Shown here one piece after another: positions 1 through 11,413 of a stretch of DNA of 64,000 nt. Position 1 is the stretch's first letter; the number at the start of each line of letters is the position of its first letter. The DNA comes from Octopus bimaculoides (Eukaryota): assembly GCF_001194135.2 (NCBI RefSeq), contig NC_068987.1:7187283-7251282 (forward strand), read 5' to 3'. The notes under the pieces were generated by a model. It made no database searches. It was not told where the DNA came from and was given only the letters and a program-made list of their open reading frames with translations. The position numbers and the translations under genes were made by a program.

Positions 1-189
1 GTTGAGTAAAATTATTTCGTTGCAGACCTCCTTTGGGTCTTTTTATTATCACTACGACACACATAGTCCCCAGTTGGTAACATTGATTTCAAGGCCCTCC
101 TAGATGAGAGACTGGCATTCCACTTAATGTCTATGTTCCATGCTGGCATGGATTGGAGAGTTATTAATGTAGAAATATGGTATCGTAGC

Positions 190-278
190 TACTAACAGTT
201 GAGGGTTGCGTAGTCTAGACGGCGTTTTTAGATTTCATTATTCTCTTTAACCCGGGCAAAGCCGGGTATTTCTGCTAG
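190..278 (+). mobile_element. Helitron 3' terminus (fragment)
   Basis: GC-rich hairpin ACCCGG-GC-AAA-GC-CGGGT (250-267) lies 7 nt upstream of CTAG (275-278), followed by T. This is the canonical Helitron 3' end. Confidence 0.7.
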
Positions 279-447
279 TATATATATATATATATGTACA
301 ATATTCCCTGTCAATGAAGAAATGTAGGTTTAAAGTATAAGTTGTAAAAATAACCTGAACACACAGGAAATTAGAATTTGAAAGGCAGAGGGTGAGATCT
401 GAGTAAGACCTACATGGTGACATGAAATATCAATACTTGAACGACAT

Positions 448-462
448 TTGTATACATGCATA

Positions 463-503
<41 letters not shown>

Positions 504-1032
504 ACACACAGACACACACACACGTACACCGACACACACTCACACACTCACGCACACACATACACACACACATGCACACGCACACACACACACAAACACG
601 CATTTACACATACACATGTACACAGACACACACGCTCATACGCACACATGTGTATATCTATCTATCTATCTATCAATCAATCTATCTATCTATCTATCTA
701 TTTATCTATCTATGTATATACATATATATATATACATATATATAAAACATATATATGCACACATATACATGCAGATGCAAGATATATACACTTATACATG
801 CATTCATTCATACGTACATACTATATATATATATAAATATACAAATTAAAAGGGTAAAGGATTATCAATTTATTAATTAATAAATCAATTAATAATTAAT
901 AATTTTTTTACCAAGCCCATCGGTATGAAAGCACCATTATTGGTGGAGAACTTATTCAAAAGCTCATATATATTTATAAATATAATTATAAATATAAATA
1001 TATATAAATGTATATAAATATACATATATAAA

Positions 1033-1113
<81 letters not shown>
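448..1113. repeat. Compound microsatellite block (CA)n/(TATC)n/(TA)n
   Basis: Directly visible. It explains ORFs 330-849. Confidence 0.95.
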
Positions 1114-1122
<9 letters not shown>

Positions 1123-1179
1123 TTAACACTAGGACTCAAAACCTCTTACTATGGAGTACAAATGACCAAGATTATGAAA

Positions 1180-1406
1180 TTTCGCCCTTGAACGGGATAC
1201 CGGTTCTTTGCAAGGTTCACACCCATCAATGTTTGAGTGGACGGAACAAGTTGATTACATCATGACCGTTACTTGACTTGCACTCTAATTAAGCGACTTC
1301 TGAGGGACAAAAGGCAAAGTTGGCCTCGATTGGATTTGAACTCAGAACGGAAAACTCCTGACCACACTCCGATAAGGAGCAATGTTATAATGATTCTGCC
1401 AGCTCG
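1180..1406 (-). mobile_element. tRNA-headed SINE, family A (diverged, alternative 3' tail)
   Basis: GGCAAAGTTGGCCTCG..GGATTTGAACTCAGAACG..GATTCTGCCAGCTCG is the reverse complement of the head of the 20372/34620 copies. Confidence 0.7.
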
Positions 1407-1939
1407 TTTCGTGTGTGTATGTGTGTGTGTTTGTGTGTATCCGTGTGCCCGCGCATGCGCGTGTGTTTGTGTACGTAAGCATTTCGCTATATGGATATGT
1501 ATTCAGAGCATAAAATATATGCTTTGTGCGGATGTTAATACGCTGATAGAGTATTTACTTCCTTGGTGTGCGGTCGTAATTTTCTACCGAAGAATTAAGA
1601 GTTTGTCGCTGTAGCCCATTTTAGTACCGAATCACCTATGCAGCTAATAGCCATGTCAGAGATACGGAAGTCTTCTTTATGTCGATAAGTAATTTTCATT
1701 GAGAAAATTTCCAAGACCTTTCTTTACAATACTTAAAAAAAAACAACAACTTCAAACCAAATTTGCCCTCATAAAAAGAGTCGTTTCCCACACTTTAACG
1801 TAATGGAAGTTTAAAGGCTTATAAAGTAATGGTATTGTACGGAAGATCAATGATTCACAAAGTGTTTATGATGTAGATTATGGATGTACGTTTGTCAGCA
1901 GAGCTAGGTTTGTTTGGATATGAATAAGTACTCCAATCG

Positions 1940-2716
1940 TGCATCTTTTATTTGTTTTTCTTATTGGACTGTGGCCAAGTTGGAGCACTGCCTTGAAGTG
2001 TTTAGTCCAAAAAGTCGGCCCCAATGTTCATGATTTATCGTTAAGCCTGGTATTTATTTTCTCATCCTCTTTTGTAGTTGTGCCGTACCACATATGTACG
2101 CATGTATATATATATATATATATATATNNNNNNNNNNNNNNNNNNNNNNNNNNNNNNNNNNNNNNNNNNNNNNNNNNNNNNNNNNNNNNNNNNNNNNNNN
2201 NNNNNNNNNNNNNNNNNNNNNNNNNNNNNNNNNNNNNNNNNNNNNNNNNNNNNNNNNNNNNNNNNNNNNNNNNNNNNNNNNNNNNNNNNNNNNNNNNNNN
2301 NNNNNNNNNNNNNNNNNNNNNNNNNNNNNNNNNNNNNNNNNNNNNNNNNNNNNNNNNNNNNNNNNNNNNNNNNNNNNNNNNNNNNNNNNNNNNNNNNNNN
2401 NNNNNNNNNNNNNNNNNNNNNNNNNNNNNNNNNNNNNNNNNNNNNNNNNNNNNNNNNNNNNNNNNNNNNNNNNNNNNNNNNNNNNNNNNNNNNNNNNNNN
2501 NNNNNNNNNNNNNNNNNNNNNNNNNNNNNNNNNNNNNNNNNNNNNNNNNNNNNNNNNNNNNNNNNNNNNNNNNNNNATATATATATATATATATATATAT
2601 ATACACTCACACACGCACGCACAACAAATTCATTCACAAGACATAGGTCGAACCTGGCTACAGTACAAGGCATCTAAGGTATCGCGTAGTGGAACTGAAC
2701 CCGAAACACGCGGGGA
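1940..2716 (-). mobile_element. SINE family B copy spanning a gap in its internal microsatellite
   Basis: 3' half (TTGGACTGTGGCCAAGTTGGAGCACTGCC) at about 1940-2085. 5' half (GTAGTGGAACTGAACCCGAAAC) at about 2630-2716. (TA)n and an N gap lie between them. Confidence 0.65.
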
Positions 2717-2947
2717 CAAAGCGAGCCTCATCATCGAACAGACCAGTGCTTAATGGACTTTCAGTCGTGACCACTTTGTATGTTATAGGTTATTGGTGGA
2801 ACATTATGTTATATGTATTATGTTCAACACAACAGAATATAATTTGGAAACATATTTCATTGATATCTCGAGCAGGTCAAGCGGCGAAGTAGACCCTGTA
2901 TGTATTTCTCTCAACACCCCTTTCTCTCTCAGTTTATATACACAGAA

Positions 2948-3250
2948 TGTGGTTGGTTAAGTGGTTAAGGTATTTGGCTCAAGGTAGTAAGTTCGTGAGT
3001 TCGATACTTGTTAGTGTGTTGTGTCTTTGAGTAAGAGATTCTATTTCTCGAAGCTCCAGTCCACTCAGCTAGCAAAAATTAGTTGTACCCTTATATCAAT
3101 GTGCCATCCTTACCACATTCTGGGACACACTGAATCTCCTCCAGAACTACGTTAACGGTAGGCGTGTCTGTGGAGTGCCTTGCCATTGGCTGGTTAATTT
3201 TACTAACAAGCTGTTCCGTTAATCAGATGACCTGGAACAGTCATCATAAT
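2948..3250 (+). mobile_element. SINE with CORE-like centre and family-D 3' module
   Basis: Box A/B head (TAAGTGGTTAAGG..GAGTTCGATAC), central TGTTGTGTCTTTGAGTAAGA, then GAACTACGTTAA..GTGTCTGTGGAGTGC shared with the 16176 and 52263 copies. Confidence 0.7.
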
Positions 3251-3848
3251 GTGCTATCGCCTACAACGTTTTAAATATCAGCTTACAGTTATCTGTACAC
3301 AGATGTAAAATATCAAGATACGGAGACCCGCATATCAATATTTAGGTTTTGAAATTGTTACACGAAATCTGTGCAACCATTGATTTCCAACTTGACGTCT
3401 GAACACTGGATAAGAATCGATCTAGAATTTATGAATTTTTTTTACAAGTTTATCGCTTTCATCTGATCAATTGTATCTTCTGAACAGTGTATATAATTTG
3501 TTTGTCTCTCTCTATTTCCATCTGTCTTTCTTTTTCTGTTTTCTCCCACTTTTTTCTTTCTCTCTCACACATTTTGTGGATGTCCATATACATAATAATT
3601 CAAATCTGTTCTACTGTGTGTGTATGAGTATCCATATACATTATGTGTGCCTTGTACTTAATGATATAGACCTCTATTTTTCTACTTTTGCAAATATTTA
3701 TATTCAAATATTTTTAAATGATTGACATATCAGAATATTTAAGGGGACAAAATTTTAAAAGCGGATAGCAGGGGAATCAGTGACTATATCTACTGAATTG
3801 TTGTGTGTTTCCATACGTATCGTCACTAAAATCATGTTCGCATTCTAA

Positions 3849-4165
3849 AAGCAACGAAAAACTATCTTCGTAAAGCATAATTATGGATGGAAAGCAAAGC
3901 TCACACAAAGCGGTAGCAATATAATAGGGAAATGTATTGCTTCTGAAAACCACCGAACTACAACTACAAAATTGAACTCAGAGCTAAACCACGATTTTGT
4001 CAACCCTGTGTTAAACAAAACCGTCCGTTGGGAGCTTGTGTTCAGACAATCAGACGCGATCAATGGCTCAATAGAACAATTTCATCTCCGATTAATCATC
4101 ATTGACCCTTTTATATGACTGCATGCAGTGTGTGTCCTGATGAAGTAGAATATCACTTGAAACAG
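3849..4165 (+). mobile_element. Possible Penelope-like element 3' remnant (GIY-YIG C-terminus-like frame plus hammerhead core)
   Basis: 89-codon stop-free frame with no ATG (..SNIIGKCIASENH..VRWELVFRQSDAING..), weakly like PLE endonuclease ends. CTGATGA..GAAAC follows at 4137-4163. Confidence 0.35.
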
Positions 4166-5088
4166 GACTGCTAGCAATTTACACGCTCATGGAAGTATTT
4201 TCAGTCCAAAAACCGCACGACATGATGTTAGTCTAATAAATGCCGTGCAATATAATCAATCGCCACATGTGTGATTTTTTACAGACAGACAGACAGACAG
4301 ACAGACCGACAGACAGACAGACAGATAGACAGACAGACTTACAGACACACAGACAGACAGATAGATAGATAGTAAATACATACACACATACATACATACA
4401 CGCGTTCATAAATAAATTCATAAACGTGTTTGAATGCATCAGTAAGTGAACATTTAATATATATAATTTTCTTTCTCTTTTCTCTTAACCACTAAATAAT
4501 GTACTTAGAAACACGAACTATATTGTGTCTAGTATTACTGGTCTAAGGGGAAAATACTCAAAGATTATCTGAAATCCATTAGTGTTTTAGTTTTGCTTCA
4601 ATTTTAAAACGATACGGCATATAAAATAACCAACCGTTTCGAACCCTCCAATTCCTTCTTTGCAATGCACCGTACACCACTAACGTGTATAGTTCCGTTT
4701 CTTATCCCACACATCTCATAAAAAAGGGAAAAAAAACAATTGCAATAGGAATGCGCAGTTGAGGCACTTGGGAAACACACTGCTCATTTGTTGTCCTTGG
4801 CCCAATTGTTAAGGCTTTTCCTCTCCTCATCCCCATAATTCTAATTACACTGGGACAGGTAAATCTAAATTTATAACATACCAGTCCTGTGTTGAGAAGT
4901 AATATGTACGAAAGGGTGTATTTGACAGTTTCTAGTCGCCATTAGCAGAAATTTTATAAGAAGGAAATATTTTAATTAAGACATTATTGAAGGAGGCTGA
5001 GTCACAATCATTTAAAAGAATAAAACATACTTTCAGGCAATATCGGTTTCACACATCGTCATTATTTTGTAAAACATAACACGAAATA

Positions 5089-5405
5089 CAAGGTACATTC
5101 CCGAAGGTTTGCGACTTATTCCGAAGGATCATTGAAGAAGTATGAAACTCTAATCTCCTTCAAAGTAAGACCCTCTGACCTCAATACACTTGTAGAGCTG
5201 CAGCCACTTCGTGAAGTCCCTATGAGTGTACTCCAGTGTGAACGTCTCCACAGTCCTTGTGACCGCGTCCTTCATCTTTTCAATGAATTCAAAATAAACT
5301 GACCCTAAGGTCCTCCTTCAGTTTGGGGAACAACCAAAGTTCACAAGGAAAAAAAGGCAGGACTGCAGAAAGGCTGAGTGACGGTTTTGATGTCCATCAC
5401 TGTCA
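5089..5405 (-). mobile_element. mariner (DD34D) transposase C-terminal remnant with 3' TIR
   Basis: Minus strand reads VMDIKTVTQP..LWLFPKLKEDLR..EKMKDAVTR..FTKWLQ..KCIEVRGSYFEGD* with frameshifts. The TIR ends at TA (5087-5088). Truncated at a SINE-B fragment. Confidence 0.85.
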
Positions 5406-5407
5406 AC

Positions 5408-5497
5408 CCTATGCATTTTCTGTCTACCAAATCCACTCACAAGGCTTTGGTGGACCCAAGGCTACCGTAGAAGACACTTGCCCAAAGTGCCACACAT
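5408..5497 (-). mobile_element. SINE family B 5'-body fragment
   Basis: CTACCAAATCCACTCACAAGGCTTTGG..GAAGACACTTGCCCAAAGTGCCAC is the reverse complement of the 24701 copy. Confidence 0.85.
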
Positions 5498-5559
5498 ACA
5501 TACTTATATATTTCATATACATACATACATACATACATACATACATACATACATACATG

Positions 5560-5593
<34 letters not shown>

Positions 5594-5703
5594 CATGTAT
5601 GTATGTATATGAAATATATAAGAATGTAAGGGGATGTTTCTATGTGGCCTGCTTGTTTGTTGCACCTTGTTTACCATTTTGTCCATGTTCTTTNNNNNNN
5701 NNN

Positions 5704-5749
<46 letters not shown>

Positions 5750-6387
5750 TGTATGTATGCTTAAGCAGCGTGCTTTTGAATTGGTGCTCGTGTATGTAAC
5801 TGTATAACTATACATGGTTTTATGTATCTATGCTCAACTTAACAGTTATTCTATTACAAATGAATAAAAACTCAACAATACTATCTAACCGGATACTTGA
5901 AGCTAGCGTTCTTAAAGAAATATTTCTACTTCACTTCAGATTTTCTTCCGATCAAATAGAATTCTTCTCAATGAAATATGTTTGGTATTCTTATGAGATA
6001 ATAACTGTCTGCTGTCTTGACTCCGAACTCGCTTTGGTGAAGGATTCTCTCTAGTATCTAATTGAATATACTGATGTATTGTTTTAAAGTTCATGTATAT
6101 TATTGTTTTTATCAAGGCTCCGGGTCGCGTGAGATTCGTTTTACACTGACAGGGAAAAATTTGAGGCTGTGTAGAGAGATAAATTCATTCGTTTCCGTTG
6201 GCATAATTACATTCAAGATAAAAAGTTGTAATGACAAAAAGAAATTGCATATTTATTCAAGGAGCTACATAAAAGAGGTTATCTATCCCTACGTGTGTGT
6301 GTTATGTTTATTTGTATTTATTTGCCTATATATATAATATGAGGGAGTTCAGACAAATTTAGTATACTTATGTGTATATGTATATAT

Positions 6388-6444
<57 letters not shown>

Positions 6445-6494
6445 NNNNNNNNNNNNNNNNNNNNNNNNNNNNNNNNNNNNNNNNNNNNNNNNNN

Positions 6495-6530
<36 letters not shown>

Positions 6531-6860
6531 GCGCGCACTCACATATACACACAAATATATATATTGTGAAGCATCGGCGTGGACAAACAAAAGAAAGTAG
6601 CATTTAACACAGTTGATGGGTGTTACATATATTTAATACAAATTTTATTCAGCTCCACGTCACTTAGAGTTTTGTGGACGTACGAGCACGCCCACAGCAT
6701 CAGACGCTCAGATACACCCGAACATTTGAAGAGGTAAAGTATTCTACGCCCACGAAACATGGAGTAATATGAAGGTGAGTCAAATTGCTATTATGTACAT
6801 GCATATATATATATATACACAGACACACAGACACATACACATACGCACGGACACACACAT

Positions 6861-7204
6861 ATCTCGCCACCTAACTCCCCAAACTGCAACCCCCTAGATT
6901 ATTATGTATGGGTGAAGTTGTGCGGGAGACAAGCAAAACTTCTTGTAATACCAAAGATGAACGGAAGGCAAGGATTATGGCAGCATTCACCAACGTAAAC
7001 AAGGTGACCGTCCAGAAAATCTGCAGGCGATTCCGAAGTCGTCTTGAAGCCATGGCTGAATCCAATGGCGATTTTATTGGATAAATTTACTCTTTAGTAT
7101 TTCAAGATATTTTTATGTAATTTTGGTAAATATATCTGTTAAAATGAGATGTCAGTGTTATTTACATTTTTGCGTAAATTAGACAATTCATTCACCGCAT
7201 CCTG
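6861..7204 (+). mobile_element. Tc1/maT-like transposase C-terminal remnant with 3' TIR
   Basis: Reads SPPNSPNCNPLDYYVW(G)EVVRETSKTSCNTKDERKARIMAAF..RRFRSRLEAMAESNGDFIG* with one frameshift near 6912. Ends ..CACCGCATCCTG then TA (7205-7206). Confidence 0.85.
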
Positions 7205-8641
7205 TATATATGTATGCATGTATGCGACGCACGCACACACACACATACTCACACGCGTGTATATATGCACATATCTATGTGTGTATGAGAGGAGAAAGAG
7301 CGACAAAGAGACATGCAGGAAGAGGTTAGATGGTATCCTACATGTGAAGTTAAACCTGCGCCTTTAACAGATACTATATAATCGTGAAACAATGAAAGTC
7401 ATAGAATCTAATTCCTACATCCTGAGAATTAATGGGATTTTGTCTTAGAAGTAATTATTTCCCTTTGAAATGAGCCAACACATTAAAGAAACGTAATGGC
7501 AAATTGATGTTTACAATCTAAATTTAATTTCAAATGAAATGGTTAACATTTAATGCAAGATGAAAATGCATTTAAACTATCATATTCCATTTGGCGTCAA
7601 GAACAAAATTTTTGGCATTGTACTAAAATCAAATGAAATCATGTTTCTCTGTGACTGCGAGTATAGATGACTGATGATTTTGTTTTGCAAAATTCACATG
7701 ATGTTTTTGAACTGCCATGAGAAAGTTATAAAGTCTGTGATTATAATGTAATATTATTTCAGCCTCACCTGGCCTTGTGCCAAAATTTAAAGCCAATATT
7801 ATTACTATTTCACTGGCTATTAAAACATGACATGATTGCTTCTCTACACGATAACATTATCGAAAATACTACAATATTGCTCTACGTTTAGAACCTTCCA
7901 GTTTTACTGTTTCCCAATTACACATTGCAAACAAAATTATGACTAGAAATATCAACAATGAAAAGTAGATCTCTATGTTTAATGGTGTACATTAAAAAGA
8001 AAATACTGCTTTTTAATATAAACAGGAAAAATAGGGCCCCATATAATTTGCATAAATTCTGTAACCGTCCAAGAGAGGTATCTCGAAAATGAAAGTCTCG
8101 AATGCATTACATCAAGTTTCCTCTCTTTCTAAAGGAGCCGAAAAATTAGGTCGTGATACTAATCCGAGCGATGGATCAATATATATTTAAACCTTGAATC
8201 GCGATTATTTTATCTTTTTTTTTTTTTATAAATTAGCAATTCCAATTAAGAAATTATCACTGTTGATAACTTCACCGTGTACACAGTATTCTATTCATCT
8301 GCCGTAATTAAACATGTGTCTCTACTTCAATAATTATTTTGAACGTGATGCGAAGAAATGAAATATTTTTTAACACTCAGCAGAAAAGAGATTTTTTTGT
8401 TTCTATGCCAAGAGAACAGCTCAGCAATTTTACGTAGTTTCTTATTGCACTGAACTCGTATAATCGCCATATCTACAAACACGCATAAAAAACAAAAAAC
8501 GAGTTGATTTTAACCATAACAGGCAAAAAAGAAAAAAACGAGAAAAAATGCGATATAAAAATTAACACAAATGAATCATTTATATAAAGCTTGGATAGTT
8601 GTACAGCAATTAATTGCATCATTTTAAACTAGAATACGTAC

Positions 8642-8764
8642 CAATTACATTAATGCTATAACCAGCTGCTGTGATTAATGTATTAATACATAAAAATATC
8701 AAAATCCTATCAATAGAGTACAATGCTTTACAGGCCGAACGAACAGGGCTATGCAAAGAAGTTC
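8642..8764 (-). CDS. Weak candidate internal exon (123 nt, phase 1-1), product unknown
   Basis: Acceptor ATTTATTTGTCGCAG and donor G|GTACGT. Open frame GTSLHSPVRSACKALYSIDRILIFLCINTLITAAGYSINVI. No homology recognised. Confidence 0.2.
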
Positions 8765-8811
8765 CTGCGACAAATAAATCTATGAATAGATATGTTTGTG
8801 CGTGCGTGAGG

Positions 8812-8815
8812 GTGT

Positions 8816-8896
<81 letters not shown>
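8812..8896. repeat. (TG)n microsatellite
   Basis: Directly visible. Confidence 0.95.
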
Positions 8897-8899
<3 letters not shown>

Positions 8900-9049
8900 C
8901 CTTTATTACAAACAAGACAAAAGAAAGAGAGGAAACTTGATGTAATGCATAAAGTAAATTTTATTATCAGATCTTAGTCCCCATTGTGTAACGACTTATC
9001 GGTCTCATTTTAGTAGCGACATTTTTTACACACACACACACACACACAC

Positions 9050-9084
<35 letters not shown>

Positions 9085-9539
9085 GTCAAGGAGACTAAAA
9101 AAGTCGTTTAATGGCTCTTGTATCAACAAGCATACTTACACAACAAGATTAGCCATTTGCATACGTTTACATTTATGTTTGGGAATACAGAACGTGCTAA
9201 CGTGCTCCTAATTGTACAGAATATTTATAAAAATAATAATACATATAATAATAATACATATGGTGTGAACATGTTCCATAAGCATTTCAGTCCACTTTGT
9301 ATGTTTCTTCTTTTATTGGTGTGTCTCCTGAATGGTTTCAGTCATCTAATTTCGGGTATATTATGTACGGTGCCGTATTTAAGCTTCAAGATGATCGTAA
9401 CGGCTCTAAATAACTAATTTTCGAAAGGTCAAGTTACGGCACATAAAACAATGGTCATCGGTTGTTAAACTAAATAGACTTGAAGAAAGCCAAGGGTCCG
9501 GAGTCACACGCTGATATCCCCAAATATAAGCGTGATAGA

Positions 9540-9984
9540 GGCAGGTGTGGCTGTGTAGTGAGATAATTGCTTTCCAACCACATGGTTCCGGATTCGGCCC
9601 ACCCTTCACGGCACCCTGGGCAGGTGTCTTTTACAATAGCCGCGGGCCGACCAAGGACTCATCAGTAGATTTGGTAGACAGAAACTGAAAGAAGCCTAGC
9701 GTGTATACACACAGACAGACACACACACACAGACAAGCATACACATTCATATATTCATATATATGCGTCCGCGCATATGTGTGTGAGTCTTTGTGCCTCT
9801 TTGTTCCGCACCACCGCTTGATAACCAGTGTTGGTGTATTTACGTTACCCTAACCTAGCAGTTCCACAGAAGAGACTGGTATCAGGTACCAAACTTTAAA
9901 ACATAAGTACTGGGATCGATTCGTCCGGTTATAATTCTTCAAGGGGGTGCCCTACATGGTCGAGTCGACTGAAGTGATAAAAAG
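9540..9984 (+). mobile_element. SINE family B, near full length with internal (CA/GA) microsatellite
   Basis: Head GGCAGGTGTGGCTGTGTAG..CCAACCACATGGTTCCGG, body GGGCAGGTGTCTT..GGCCGACCAAGG..GATTTGGTAGAC, internal repeat, and tail ..CAAGGGGGTGCC..GACTGAAG. Confidence 0.85.
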
Positions 9985-10007
9985 TGTATATATATGTATA
10001 TATTCGC

Positions 10008-10195
10008 CATGCTGGACCGCTGAAATCTACAAGTTTTTTTCATTCCCTCTCTCTGTTTATTTTCTCTTATTCCTTTCTGTTGCAGAGTGTAGGCTCGAAA
10101 CGTAAAAGACTTTTTCATCTTTCTCGGTCGTCAATGTAGTTAACTTGCTTGTTCTTCATACACCTGTCTTCGTCTTTTTTTTTTTTTATACATTA
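10008..10195 (+). mobile_element. Short microsatellite-embedded repeat with degenerate minimal hammerhead (possible PLE pseudo-LTR derivative)
   Basis: Similar to 15660-15758 (+) and 55145-55216 (-): AGACTTT..GCGTCA..ACACCTGTCTTCGTC. Hammerhead-like fold at 10073-10108. Confidence 0.65.
10073..10108 (+). ncRNA. Degenerate minimal type I hammerhead ribozyme motif (probably inactive in this copy)
   Basis: CTTT-CTGTTGC-A-GAGT[GTAG]GCTC-GAAAC-GTA-AAAG. Helix I is 4 bp, helix II is 4 bp with a tetraloop, and helix III is a loopless AC/GT. The core deviates from CUGANGA at A6 and A9. Confidence 0.45.
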
Positions 10196-10200
10196 GCAAC

Positions 10201-10236
<36 letters not shown>

Positions 10237-10711
10237 TATATGCTCACAGAAACACACACACATGCAAATACAGACAAAAACGCACACACACACACATGAA
10301 CATACACATATAAATATATATATGCGATAGATGGAGCGCTGCTGACTTCTCTCGTATACACTCGTATATATTATATTATGTACGTTTATATGCAACAGAC
10401 CGACGTACAACTCAGTCCATCTGTGTTCAAATTTCTACTCACAGCCTTTTGGTTAAGAAAATCCTTCTATCGGTGGACGTTTCACTAGGAGCTATTTAGT
10501 GGGGATCGAATCCAAAACTCCCGCAGCCGTTCAGTGTACTTCTCAACCATATAACCATGGTAGGATTAAACCGAATCAACAATAAAATCTACAATATGTA
10601 TGAATAACAGTACATTCTCAACGAGTTGTAACTTAAAAGTTATTCTTTATATTATTATTTTTCTTGATCTCTAGGTCAGTTACCCCATTGTCATAGCGCA
10701 TAATGACTAAT

Positions 10712-10955
10712 ACCGTGACCATCCCCTCGAACGGGACTCCGGTCTGGTGCAGGCTTCAATCGCAAAAATTTTAAAAGAAAAGTTTAAATGGATTATATTG
10801 ATTCTATGACTTCAATAGTTTCGTATTTCATCGACCACGATGGTATTAATGTCAATGGTGAACTTGGTTCGATTTGAACTAAAAGAGTAATGAGTTGTAA
10901 GAGATGATGCTAGACATTTCGTCCAAAGAGCCAACAATTCTGCCATTACACCGCG
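10712..10955 (-). mobile_element. SINE family A (old), tail shared with the 1180 copy
   Basis: GATTTGAACTAAAAG..ACAATTCTGCCATTACACCGC head. CCCCTCGAACGGGACTCCGG resembles CCCTTGAACGGGATACCGG at about 1185. Confidence 0.55.
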
Positions 10956-11376
10956 TTAACTTAAAAGTTTAGAATGCAATCACTATGCTTTTGAATCGTA
11001 AATAAATGTACAGGCGTGTTCATGTGCATGCGTGTGTGTGGGCGCGCGAATTCGTGAGAGAAAAAACCGGATTTCATCAATAACAATAAATTGTATTAGT
11101 TAATTCAGAACTTAACCTCTCTTGTACGACTTCTGTGTGTTTATGACAACGTATATTTGTATACATTGATATATATATATATATATATATATANNNNNNN
11201 NNNNNNNNNNNNNNNNNNNNNNNNNNNNNNNNNNNNNNNNNNNNNNNNNNNNNNNNNNNNNNNNNNNNNNNNNNNNNNNNNNNNNNNNNNNNNNNNNNNN
11301 NNNNNNNNNNNNNNNNNNNNNNNNNNNNNNNNNNNNNNNNNNNNNNNNNNNNNNNNNNNNNNNNNNNNNNNNNNNN

Positions 11377-11413
<37 letters not shown>

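Noticed and set aside
850-965. Possible third hammerhead-like module on the minus strand
   Set aside because: The core is too degenerate (CCAATAA..CCGAT) to support.
5323-5799. ORF beginning MGNNQSS (looks myristoylated)
   Set aside because: It starts at TTG and is the antisense of a mariner remnant plus a SINE plus a microsatellite.
6652-6774. Exon-like segment with AG and GTAAAG/GTGAGT sites
   Set aside because: All frames to the GTGAGT donor have stops. It sits between microsatellites and looks like a dispersed repeat fragment.
8046-8053. Octamer ATTTGCAT and similar scattered motifs
   Set aside because: Expected by chance in AT-rich DNA, and no promoter context is present.
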